Source of the DNA: a virus
Taxonomy: Duplodnaviria > Caudoviricetes
DNA: 45,743 nucleotides
IMG/VR virus record: IMGVR_UViG_3300022407_004562
Location: 1-45,743 of that record
Direction: 5' to 3' (one strand)
Below are positions 20,468 to 28,837 of the stretch, piece by piece (position 1 is the stretch's first letter; the number at the start of each line of letters is the position of its first letter). Below the pieces are notes generated by a model. It saw only the letters and a program-made list of their open reading frames with translations. It was not told the DNA's origin and searched no databases. A program made the position numbers and the translations under genes.

Positions 20468-21321
20468 TCAAGGATTTCTTCAATAGTGGGTTTGAGCGGG
20501 ATGCCAGTGTCGGAAAGCATTTCAAAGCGGAGCTTGAGGAACTGACCGATGGGCGGGTTTTGTTCAAAGAACTTTACTTGCTCATGGGAAAGCCCAGAGC
20601 CAACGTGGAAGGTTTTGCCAGCTTCTGTGATACAGGTGATTTGGAAGCCTTGGAAGCCTTTGTCGCCGATGGTGGTTGTGAAGTCGGTGATTTCAAACTC
20701 GCCGTCCTCCCAGCCTTTGCGTTTGAGCAGGTGCTTCCAACGGTTTTCTTTGTTGCCACACTCTTCCGCGAATCCGTAAGGAGCATTGGGATCACGATAC
20801 ATGATTCCCTCGTAGCCAAAGATTCTATATTGTTGGTAGAGAGTGTTATCCAGTCCTTCGCGATCGACAAGAGTTGTGGGCACAACGGCAACAGCTTTTG
20901 CTTGGTAGATGACCAGCTTTTCACGCAAGGTTTCGAGTAACCGGGCACGCTCCATGAAAGGTAGATGAAGGCTGTTAGTGTCGATGATGTCGAAGACATG
21001 GTATTGGATGTAGAGGGTTTTTGGAATTGGAGCAACGCGCTTGACGGCAATAGCACCGTTGATTTGCTGAAGGGACAAACCGTGGAGATACATTTCTCCG
21101 TCAAGGAGCCAGCCGTGTGGAACGATGCGGTCAAGTTCGGATGTGATGTGGGAAACAACGCTGCCGTGCCAGAGCTTGCCTTCTTCGTTGGATAACCCGC
21201 GGGACTGCATTCGACCAAGGTGGTAAAGTGCGCGGACTCCGTTGAGTTTGGGTTGGACGAAGTAGGGGAGGGTGAGGCGGTGTTTGTGGTCTTGCCATTT
21301 GAAGGCGCACATAGGTTTCAT
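20464..21321 (-). CDS. lig: ATP-dependent DNA ligase
   Basis: Motifs QPKLNGVR (I), LDGEMY (III), YHVFD (IIIa), EGIMYR (IV), LLKRK (V) and an OB domain; ATG 21321 overlaps the upstream TGA. Confidence 0.9.
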   Translation of the reverse strand: MKPMCAFKWQDHKHRLTLPYFVQPKLNGVRALYHLGRMQSRGLSNEEGKLWHGSVVSHITSELDRIVPHGWLLDGEMYLHGLSLQQINGAIAVKRVAPIPKTLYIQYHVFDIIDTNSLHLPFMERARLLETLREKLVIYQAKAVAVVPTTLVDREGLDNTLYQQYRIFGYEGIMYRDPNAPYGFAEECGNKENRWKHLLKRKGWEDGEFEITDFTTTIGDKGFQGFQITCITEAGKTFHVGSGLSHEQVKFFEQNPPIGQFLKLRFEMLSDTGIPLKPTIEEILE

Positions 21322-21590
21322 AGTTGGTCGTCGGTGAAGATGATGATTGCAGCGGACTTGGGCTTGGAGAAGCTGATCCACTGGATAGGTGTGCGGTCTC
21401 GGCGGAGCATGTCCACGCGGGAGAACTGTTCTACTTCCACATCCCAGCGGCGAGCCCATTGGAGCATGAGGGATTCGTTGGTGAAGATGGGTTTGACGAA
21501 ACGCTGGTCGATTTCGACGTAGCCGTCAGCGTCGATGGAGGAAAGGATCTTGAAGCGTAGCTGCGAGGCTTCGGAGGGGGAAAGGGTCAT
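21318..21590 (-). CDS. Hypothetical protein
   Basis: 90 aa from ATG 21590; coupled to the ligase. Confidence 0.6.
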   Translation of the reverse strand: MTLSPSEASQLRFKILSSIDADGYVEIDQRFVKPIFTNESLMLQWARRWDVEVEQFSRVDMLRRDRTPIQWISFSKPKSAAIIIFTDDQL

Positions 21591-21592
21591 AG

Positions 21593-21742
21593 TTAATGCA
21601 GTTTGCCACAATGAAGGCAGTTTAAATAAGCTCCGATACGTTTATCTTGAAGCTCTACTGGAACTAATCTTTGTGGAACTAGTTGATGCACAGTTGATAG
21701 GTTACAGGCCGGGCAGTTTGTAGTTATTGTTTGTAGGGTCAT
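21593..21742 (-). CDS. Small zinc-ribbon protein (not in ORF track)
   Basis: Translated by hand: MTLQTITTNCPAC...NCLHCGKLH, 49 aa; ATGA overlap upstream. Confidence 0.6.
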   Translation of the reverse strand: MTLQTITTNCPACNLSTVHQLVPQRLVPVELQDKRIGAYLNCLHCGKLH

Positions 21743-21933
21743 AGTTGAAACTCTTTAAACCGGCGAACAAATTCTGCAACGGGGGCGTTGTGTTTATAAT
21801 GACCACCAGCAGTAAGCCAACGGTTGAATTTAACGACTTCTCGAGAAAGCCAATTTACGTCTTTATGGCCGTGTCGAGTTGGCTGTTCTGTTATGCGTGC
21901 GGCTGTGCCAGGGAGGTATTGGACGTAGTGCAT
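21739..21933 (-). CDS. Hypothetical protein
   Basis: 64-aa ORF starting 1 nt after the polymerase stop. Confidence 0.55.
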   Translation of the reverse strand: MHYVQYLPGTAARITEQPTRHGHKDVNWLSREVVKFNRWLTAGGHYKHNAPVAEFVRRFKEFQL

Positions 21934-21934
21934 T

Positions 21935-24406
21935 TTAGATTACTCCAGTTCGGGTTGATTCTTTTGTGTGATACCAAGACGGGCCGTAGCCGCCTTCATA
22001 GGGGATGACGATCCGTTCGTTGCCAATAGTGAGGGCGTTGTTGAAATAAGACCTAATTTTATCCACCGCCCAATCAGCGCGTTCCATTGGGAATTGACCG
22101 CAGAGAGCATCGTGCACCGAATGCAATGGTTGGATAATGAGGTTACCCGAACTGGTTCGGTTTTCTGGATCATGCCACAATCGGTGCATCGCGAGATTTG
22201 TGGCGTAAGTTGTATTAGCTTGGGGTTCGTGAGCATAGGCTGCTTTGTAGGTTTGGTCATTGTTGGGTCGTCCGAAGAATGTGCGCACGTGACCGGAGGC
22301 ACATTGAAGGGTCTTGCCGCGGTTGAGTTGCTGTTGAACCCAGCGTTGCCATTCCCGCACACCGGGATACCGGGTGAAGAACACCGCTTGGATTTTCTTG
22401 CAATCGCTAGGTGGAACCCATAAGACGTTAAGGTCGGAGGATTTCTTGAACGTTTGCAAGAGCACGTTGTTTGCCATTGTGTTTGGGCCCATGTCATAAG
22501 ACGATCCGTGCTGGACCGCTTTGCAGACGGCGTAGAGGGAATCTGGAATGGGCGTGACTTTGGTGAGGCGTTTGATTTCATCTCTTGGCAGATCATTAAT
22601 GTTTTTCTTAACGTCTGGGAGTTGGTTTTGCAGCTGCATATACATTAGAGCGATGATCTTAGCAGGTTTCATTCCCGCGAAGTAGTCCTCAAGCATAGTT
22701 TGATCCCCCAGCATAGCTGCACGGGAAGCAACCGTCCAGCCGTCTGCACCAGCCAAGTCACACTGGAAGAAGTAGTGGCCTTCGTCAGCTTCGTAGAGAA
22801 ACCGCAGAGGTTCAGTGATGGTTTGAAGGTTTGTGCCAGAACCAGTGACGGAACCAGAACAAGACAAGCGGCCAGTTTCAGTGCCGACAAGGTTATAGGA
22901 ACACCGCACACGTGAATCATGGTCAGTGGTGATTTCAAGCTGCTTGCGAAGGCCTTCTAGTTTTTTCCAGCCAAGCGCGCATTTGAGAAACGGATGTGCT
23001 GCTGTGCCTTGTTTGATGATAACCTTCAACATTGCGTCTGCGTTGGCAGTTAGGCGGTTAGTTTTTCGCCCAGCTTCCATAGCGTATTGTGGTTCAAACC
23101 CCAGACGCTTGTAAAGCAAGTCACACATTTGTTTAGGTGAATTGAGGTTAATCTCAATCCCTGCATGAGTGTTGCAAGCGGTTTGAAGCTCACGCATTTT
23201 TGCAGTGATTTCTTCATGCTTGAGTTTGCACTTGTTTTTGTTGAAGCGAATACCGCGGAGTGACATATATTGAAGCGACGGAATTAACTCCATGTTAAAG
23301 TCATAATGCTTGCGCTGTTCTGGCGACATTGCTGCCATGTGAGCATTGTGAATTTCCAGCGTGACTGCGGCATCTTTGCAACAATAAGTGTAGTGGAGTT
23401 TCTTACGATCCACCGGGTCAAGCTCTGCACCGGAGGTTCGCTCGAACTTATAATACGGCTCCATTGACCAGATGGATGCCTGTGTGCCAAGACCTTTGGG
23501 AAGCTCCGGGTAGATTTCCCAGCCTGAAAGCATGGTGTCATGTTTAACATTTCGTGCGTTGATCTTCCACAGCCACGCGAGGACGACATAATCATATAGC
23601 GAGTTTTGCAGAACTTTAGGAATGTCTGGGTTGGACATCATCTTGTTAAACGTCTGCATCACAACTGCTTTGGTTGGGTCATCAAAATCCTGCAGTGGGA
23701 TGATCCAAGCGGACATCGGGTCGGTGGAAATACCAATACAGGTGACACCGTCAAGGTGCTTGTGGGTGGTCTCCTCGGGATTTGGGACTCCGCCTTCAAT
23801 GTCAACGGAGACTAGGGTGCCTGGGGTGATGGCGTTTAGCTTTGAGATGCACTCGGCGGCAGTGGTGGAAGGGTTGAGGGATCGATTGGGAAGCTGAAGC
23901 ACGGGTGTTTTTGACTCAGCAATGGCCCTTTGTACGTCAAATAAGAAGAGAGGTGAGTCATCCCAAACCTTTTGGATATAGCCTGGAGCAAATGTTGCAA
24001 CACATTTATGTCGTCCAGAAAATCCAGAAAAGATTGTTCCTCGGAAGACGTTAACTTTATGAAAAACTCCGGCTGCCCAGAGAGCCGTTCCACCCAAGAG
24101 CAAGACACAGTTAGGCTGAAACTTGTTAAGGTCGGAGAGGAGGATTTGGAGGGATCGTTGGAATTCACTGTCGGATTTGTTTAGTTGTTCAATGTCACCG
24201 CCCGGAGGGACTTGGTTGTAGATGTAGCCTTGGAAGCATTGGGAGAGGGAAAGGCCGTGTTGTTCAACGGCTGCACGGAGGAGGCCAGAGGTAGGTCCGC
24301 AAAAGGGACGGCCTTGGGCTAATTCGTGCGGGCCTGGTGCGTCGCCGATGATGGCTAGGCGGGAGGTGGACGGGTTGAGGGGGAAGTAAGAAGGTAAATA
24401 GTTCAT
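21935..24406 (-). CDS. polA: Family A DNA polymerase with N-terminal UDG-like domain and 3'-5' exonuclease
   Basis: UDG-like GDAPG/GRPFCG; Exo I VDIEG, Exo II NSLYD, Exo III YCCKD; TETGRLS, motif A CDLAGAD, motif B KAVQHGSSY, motif C VHDA. Confidence 0.92.
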   Translation of the reverse strand: MNYLPSYFPLNPSTSRLAIIGDAPGPHELAQGRPFCGPTSGLLRAAVEQHGLSLSQCFQGYIYNQVPPGGDIEQLNKSDSEFQRSLQILLSDLNKFQPNCVLLLGGTALWAAGVFHKVNVFRGTIFSGFSGRHKCVATFAPGYIQKVWDDSPLFLFDVQRAIAESKTPVLQLPNRSLNPSTTAAECISKLNAITPGTLVSVDIEGGVPNPEETTHKHLDGVTCIGISTDPMSAWIIPLQDFDDPTKAVVMQTFNKMMSNPDIPKVLQNSLYDYVVLAWLWKINARNVKHDTMLSGWEIYPELPKGLGTQASIWSMEPYYKFERTSGAELDPVDRKKLHYTYCCKDAAVTLEIHNAHMAAMSPEQRKHYDFNMELIPSLQYMSLRGIRFNKNKCKLKHEEITAKMRELQTACNTHAGIEINLNSPKQMCDLLYKRLGFEPQYAMEAGRKTNRLTANADAMLKVIIKQGTAAHPFLKCALGWKKLEGLRKQLEITTDHDSRVRCSYNLVGTETGRLSCSGSVTGSGTNLQTITEPLRFLYEADEGHYFFQCDLAGADGWTVASRAAMLGDQTMLEDYFAGMKPAKIIALMYMQLQNQLPDVKKNINDLPRDEIKRLTKVTPIPDSLYAVCKAVQHGSSYDMGPNTMANNVLLQTFKKSSDLNVLWVPPSDCKKIQAVFFTRYPGVREWQRWVQQQLNRGKTLQCASGHVRTFFGRPNNDQTYKAAYAHEPQANTTYATNLAMHRLWHDPENRTSSGNLIIQPLHSVHDALCGQFPMERADWAVDKIRSYFNNALTIGNERIVIPYEGGYGPSWYHTKESTRTGVI

Positions 24407-25878
24407 GTAAACTGAACATTCCCTCCAAGCATGTTTTTGTAAGTTTCTTTCACTCGGTTGACCAGCGCAGGGAAGCGTTGCTCGTCGAGTTCACAGCCAA
24501 TGATTTTGCAGCCGCGCAGAATGCAGGCTCGGAGGATGGAGCCTTCTCCCGCGAAAGGGTCAAGAATTGTCATGCCGGGGATGAGGATTGGATCGAGGAT
24601 CATCTTGTCGATGAACTCAAGCGGCTTGGCGAATGGGTTGGCTTGAAGGCGCTTGTCTGGCATACCGTCGACTTCAAGATGGCATTTGGTCATGGGTTTG
24701 GCTAGGACGGGCTTGCCTTTTTTCATAACCATCACTGGCTCGTAGGACTTGGTAGGGTTCTGGTGTGGCGCGTTGTTTTTGCAGCTGTGCGGTTTGAGCC
24801 AGAGAAGGTTCCAGTCGAGGACATTGAAACCGACCTCCCGCCCCCAAGTGGCGAGCTTTTCTTGATGCTGTTGGGCGTAGAAGAAGAAGAGATAGGTGTC
24901 GGGTTTAAGGACACGGTAAGCACCCTCGAGGAATGGCTTCATCTGTTCTACGTTTTGATCCACGTCGTGGGTTGAGCGCATCATGTCGATGCCTTGCATG
25001 TCTTCGAGAAGGTCCATGTCAATGCCGTAGGGGATGTCGGTGATGATGGCATCGACGGACTCCGCAGACATGGTTTCTTTCATAAAGGTTGTGCAGTCCA
25101 CGTTGTGCAAGCGGGTGGACAAGTTGACAATGTTCATCGCGCGGATAGCTTCTGGCGTGGTGGCGATGACAGAAGGCGGCGGGGAAGTGACATCGCCAAG
25201 GGAGATATTGATGATGCCGGAGGGCTTAGGCGCTTTGGGCTGTGGGACTTCGATGGCCCCGGAGAGTTTGGCGGCCGCGATGGTGAGGGCTTGCTCTTTG
25301 CGGAGCAGCATCACTTGCTTAGCGGCTTCAAGGTTTTTGGCTTCCCAAATTTCCTTGTCGTTTTGTTGCAGGCGCTTGGCGATGATGAGGCAGTCTTGGA
25401 CGTAGGAGTGGGACTGGTTGACAAGATGGCCGGTTGCCCGGAGGCCCCATTGTTCTTTCCGCTCGGCGGCCATTTTGGAATTTTGCTCGTGCACCGCCGC
25501 AATGCCGAGGGCAATGTCTTGCCAGCACATTTGACGGCGCTGCATGTTGGCGTCAAGCTCGATCATCCACTTCATTGCTTGCTCGATCTTGGCTCGACGG
25601 ACGACGGGAACTTCAAGGGCATCGAAACCTCGGTCTAGGAGGAGCTGGTAGGCGGTGTAGCGGCACTCACCGTCGATGAGGTTGTTCTCTTCGTCGAGGA
25701 GGAGGGGCTGAATGGGACCGACGAGAATAATGGAATCCGCGATGCGCTCGGCGTTTTCTTGGACCTCTTTAACATTGCGACGGAGACGCTCAGTGCGGTT
25801 GACTTTAACGTCAGCGAGCGGGATGTAGGTGGCGTCAGTGAGGCGTTTGAGCTTTTTGAGTTCAGTGGGGGTGGACAT
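24403..25878 (-). CDS. ParB-like domain fused to a beta-class N6/N4 DNA methyltransferase
   Basis: IADSI...GPIQPLLL...LIDGECRY (ParB/Srx); IITDIPY (motif IV) precedes ILDPFAGEGS...GCELD (motif I). Confidence 0.85.
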   Translation of the reverse strand: MSTPTELKKLKRLTDATYIPLADVKVNRTERLRRNVKEVQENAERIADSIILVGPIQPLLLDEENNLIDGECRYTAYQLLLDRGFDALEVPVVRRAKIEQAMKWMIELDANMQRRQMCWQDIALGIAAVHEQNSKMAAERKEQWGLRATGHLVNQSHSYVQDCLIIAKRLQQNDKEIWEAKNLEAAKQVMLLRKEQALTIAAAKLSGAIEVPQPKAPKPSGIINISLGDVTSPPPSVIATTPEAIRAMNIVNLSTRLHNVDCTTFMKETMSAESVDAIITDIPYGIDMDLLEDMQGIDMMRSTHDVDQNVEQMKPFLEGAYRVLKPDTYLFFFYAQQHQEKLATWGREVGFNVLDWNLLWLKPHSCKNNAPHQNPTKSYEPVMVMKKGKPVLAKPMTKCHLEVDGMPDKRLQANPFAKPLEFIDKMILDPILIPGMTILDPFAGEGSILRACILRGCKIIGCELDEQRFPALVNRVKETYKNMLGGNVQFT

Positions 25879-25892
25879 AAGAGAGGAAAATT

Positions 25893-25922
25893 GGTAAGCA
25901 GTTTAGCGACATGCTTAGGTCG
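25893..25922 (-). promoter_or_regulatory. Candidate H-type RNA pseudoknot upstream of the MTase gene
   Basis: CGACCUAAGCAUGUCGCUAAACUGCUUACC; second copy at 32392-32420 with a compensatory change. Confidence 0.6.
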
Positions 25923-25927
25923 AGGGG

Positions 25928-26275
25928 TTAGCGGAGGGAGTCGAGATCCAGCTCTCGCTTAATGGCGGTGTTGGTTTTGTTCAGTTGGAGCTTGAGTTCG
26001 ATGAGAGTTTTCTCACAGTTGTGAGCGGAGCTCTCGTGATACTCAAGGTTAGATTCAACGTCAGCGATGTGGTTGATGAGGGCGTTACGATCGTCGTAGA
26101 GAGTCCGCTCGGATTTAACCCGTGCGACTTCACGTTCGATCATTTCGTTCACTTCTTTGACGGGGATGGAACGACGAGGTTTTTCCAGGGTATCTTCTAT
26201 ATCATCACTAACTAGGCGAGACTTGCCAATACGATTGCCGGTGCAGATGATGCGTTTTTTGTTTTTGGTTTTCAT
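25928..26275 (-). CDS. Hypothetical coiled-coil protein
   Basis: 115-aa ORF. Confidence 0.6.
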   Translation of the reverse strand: MKTKNKKRIICTGNRIGKSRLVSDDIEDTLEKPRRSIPVKEVNEMIEREVARVKSERTLYDDRNALINHIADVESNLEYHESSAHNCEKTLIELKLQLNKTNTAIKRELDLDSLR

Positions 26276-26278
26276 AGG

Positions 26279-26310
26279 AAAAAGCGGCAGACTATTCCCG
26301 GTCTGCCAGC
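26279..26310 (-). terminator. Intrinsic terminator after SSB
   Basis: GGCAGAC/GTCTGCC stem followed by GCTTTTT on the minus strand. Confidence 0.55.
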
Positions 26311-26325
26311 GGGTGGTTGGGTTGC

Positions 26326-26808
26326 TTACTGTGGGTCAATACCGCTGACCGATTTGACTTCAGAGCGAGGGCCGTAGCCATCGTCGTCATCTTTGGGTTT
26401 GCTGGTCTTGATGTTGCCCATCACGACAACGCTAGAGAGGTTGGCGATGTAGGTCTCGTTGAACTCAGGGAGCTCAGCTTTGGCTTCTGGGGTGTCCTTG
26501 CGGTTGGCACAAGCAAGCATGAAGCGGCAGAGGTTGGCTTTGTAGTTCTCCGCCTGCTCACCGTCACCGAACTCAGTGCCGGGGATGGGAAGCATGTAGC
26601 GTTGAATAAGCGGGAACCCAGCGCCAATCTTCGTGCCCTTGATAGACATAGAGTCTTCTTGGGTTTTGAAGGTCACCGCGAGGAAGTGACCCTTGCCAGA
26701 TTTAGACTGGACAACTTCCGCTTTGTCGATGATGAGGGGCTGTTTTCCTTCAACAAGGATAGGGGAGGAAGTGTCGGCGTCGTTGAGTGTGAGGCTAAGA
26801 GGTAGCAT
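26326..26808 (-). CDS. Putative single-stranded DNA-binding protein (DUF669-like)
   Basis: IDKAEVVQSKSGKGHFLAVTF OB-like strands; acidic DDDDGY near the C-terminus; next to the Sak4-like ATPase; AC-rich leader before ATG 26808. Confidence 0.65.
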   Translation of the reverse strand: MLPLSLTLNDADTSSPILVEGKQPLIIDKAEVVQSKSGKGHFLAVTFKTQEDSMSIKGTKIGAGFPLIQRYMLPIPGTEFGDGEQAENYKANLCRFMLACANRKDTPEAKAELPEFNETYIANLSSVVVMGNIKTSKPKDDDDGYGPRSEVKSVSGIDPQ

Positions 26809-26870
26809 GATGTTTGTGTGTTTTTGGTTTGTTTGTGTTTTGTTGTTCGAGGCTTTGTGAGCCAAGAAAT

Positions 26871-27077
26871 TTAACCTAGCTGGAAGCTAGAAGATGTTGG
26901 TGTGTCAAATACCCAATCAAGTCCAGTTGCTTGCTGATCGGTATTGGCAGATGCCCAAGGTTTGACTGAGGTGACTGGGAATCCGTCTTGGGCAAGGGAG
27001 TCGAGCATGTCAGCAGCGATGGAGTCAGAATCAGCCATAGGTTCTTGGTCAATGGCGACTAGGTATGTGCGGGTCAT
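26871..27077 (-). CDS. Hypothetical protein
   Basis: 68-aa ORF. Confidence 0.55.
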   Translation of the reverse strand: MTRTYLVAIDQEPMADSDSIAADMLDSLAQDGFPVTSVKPWASANTDQQATGLDWVFDTPTSSSFQLG

Positions 27078-27184
27078 AATTTTATGGCGCGAATGAGGTC
27101 TTGAAACTTCCAGAAGAGTAATAAATACAGCATGTAGAGTTGCAAGTTAATTAACACGAGTAAAAATATTACTGGCCGTTTCAT
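27074..27184 (-). CDS. Small membrane peptide (not in ORF track)
   Basis: MKRPVIFLLVLINLQLYMLYLLLFWKFQDLIRAIKL, with ATGA overlaps at both ends. Confidence 0.5.
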   Translation of the reverse strand: MKRPVIFLLVLINLQLYMLYLLLFWKFQDLIRAIKL

Positions 27185-27954
27185 TTCTGTAGAGCTTGAA
27201 GGACGTTAACCATATCCGCGGGGAAGGAAGTGCCGAGCTGTGCGGCGGACTTAAGGCCAAGGTGTTTGGATTTGTTGTCTGGCGCCGTGATGATACGGCG
27301 GTCGACTTTTTGGTTGGGCGGGACGCCGGTGACGGTTACGTCGAGAAGCCAGACTTCTTCGAACCAACCGGAGAGGGTGTGTTTGAGATTACCAGGGATG
27401 GCAAGGAAGTTGGTGAGGGCTCCGCTGAGTTCTTCCTTGTCGACGGTCATGTGGGCCTCAACGCAGAGACGCTTGCCAGAAGACTTAAGCCAGAAGATTG
27501 TCTGCCGCATGATGGAACCGAAGGCGCCCCATTGCTCGAACTCGAATTTGGGATCGATGGTTTTCTTGTAGTCGCCAAGCTTCTTGCCGGTCATTTTGTA
27601 GGTTTGGATGAAGGCGAGCTCGATGAAAGAAGTGAGGGAGGAGAGAACAATGGTGTCCACGTCCTGGGAGGAACATGCCTCGGTAAGTAGGGTGATGGCA
27701 CGATCCCATTGAAGCTCGCGCGGACAGGGTGTGCCGTCGGCGTTGAAAGCGGGGCAGTCATAGAACCACTTGGAATCTGGGGTGAGTTTTTTGCTATCAC
27801 GGAGATGCTTGACTGGGCCGTTGAGGTTCTGGTCACAGTCGAGGATGAAAGGCTTGGGGAGTTGGAGGGAAACGGTGGTCTTGCCACTGCCGGGCGGGCC
27901 GATAAGGAGGAAGGATTGTGGGAGACGGGGGAGGAAGTCGGTGGAGGATTTCAT
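27181..27954 (-). CDS. Sak4-like/AAA_24 P-loop ATPase (ssDNA annealing)
   Basis: LLIGPPGSGKTT, ILDCD, TIVLSSLT, EAH, GWFEEVW; lies between the nuclease and SSB genes. Confidence 0.8.
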   Translation of the reverse strand: MKSSTDFLPRLPQSFLLIGPPGSGKTTVSLQLPKPFILDCDQNLNGPVKHLRDSKKLTPDSKWFYDCPAFNADGTPCPRELQWDRAITLLTEACSSQDVDTIVLSSLTSFIELAFIQTYKMTGKKLGDYKKTIDPKFEFEQWGAFGSIMRQTIFWLKSSGKRLCVEAHMTVDKEELSGALTNFLAIPGNLKHTLSGWFEEVWLLDVTVTGVPPNQKVDRRIITAPDNKSKHLGLKSAAQLGTSFPADMVNVLQALQK

Positions 27955-28122
27955 GTGTTTAGTTAAGGTGAGAATTTAATTGACAGGCTTTAACCGGGCA
28001 GCGGTTGGCTTGACCTACAAGTATTTTAATGCCTGTTCCTTTGTTATCTAGGAAGTTATAAAAAGCTAAAGCTCTACGTGAATTAATTAACTTGATTACA
28101 ATAAAGCATCGAATAAATTCTT

Positions 28123-28407
28123 TCATTGTAAAAGCTGGTTGAGTTGGAATTGAAGCTCGCGGAGGGTTGTTAGTGCGCGGGTGGGATCAAGAGTGAAGTC
28201 AGTTTGGATTTGATTGATGGCACGGAGAAGGTCAGCATAAAGTGTGCGGTAGATTTGTTTGTCTTGTTGGGTGAAGGAGTGGTCTTTGGACTCCGTGACA
28301 CTTTCGCAAGTGAGGGCGAAGATGGTGGAATGGAGCCAGTGGGTGTTGGACCCGTGGACTGGTGAGGATGAGTGCGCTAGGACGGGGAAGGAGAGAGTGG
28401 GAGTCAT
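28123..28407 (-). CDS. Hypothetical protein
   Basis: 94-aa ORF with ATGA coupling. Confidence 0.55.
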   Translation of the reverse strand: MTPTLSFPVLAHSSSPVHGSNTHWLHSTIFALTCESVTESKDHSFTQQDKQIYRTLYADLLRAINQIQTDFTLDPTRALTTLRELQFQLNQLLQ

Positions 28408-28715
28408 AGGGTGGAATCACTTGGTTCCTCTAACAACCGCTGAGGTTCAATTGTGCCGGGCTCGTCGTCGATCCAGATATCGACGGGGAACGGAACGGCG
28501 TCGCGTTTGAAACCAAAGTTGGCGAAGAAGAGGTTGACGAACTCGGGGATTTGCAGACGGATGCGCTCTTCGTGAGAGAGCGTTCCTTCACTCCGTCGAG
28601 TGCAGATGATGACACGGTGGCCACGGGCTCGAAAGGTGTAAGCGATAAGAGCAAACACTGTTGGATCAGCGGTCCAGGTTTTGTCGAGGTCAATGGAGAT
28701 GGTGAGTGGGTTCAT
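28404..28715 (-). CDS. Minimal HAD-superfamily phosphatase-like protein
   Basis: ISIDLDKT (DxD), IICTRR, K, DIWIDD. Confidence 0.75.
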   Translation of the reverse strand: MNPLTISIDLDKTWTADPTVFALIAYTFRARGHRVIICTRRSEGTLSHEERIRLQIPEFVNLFFANFGFKRDAVPFPVDIWIDDEPGTIEPQRLLEEPSDSTL

Positions 28716-28837
28716 GTTGGTAGCCAGCTAGTTGTTGGTTGAGTTTCATAGCCTTGCAAGTAAGCCCATCTGCGCCAGGACATGCCATAGTTAAGCGCGA
28801 GCCAAAGTTGTTTATAGCGTTTGTAATCGTCGTTCAT
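28712..28837 (-). CDS. Small hypothetical protein (not in ORF track)
   Basis: 41 aa MNDDYKRYKQLW...; ATGA overlaps at both ends. Confidence 0.45.
   Translation of the reverse strand: MNDDYKRYKQLWLALNYGMSWRRWAYLQGYETQPTTSWLPT

Noticed and set aside
25928-26275. TGNRIGKS resembling the TerL Walker A (TGNRFGKS)
   Set aside because: Isolated 8-aa similarity in a short coiled-coil ORF with no other ATPase motifs; probably chance or a small remnant.
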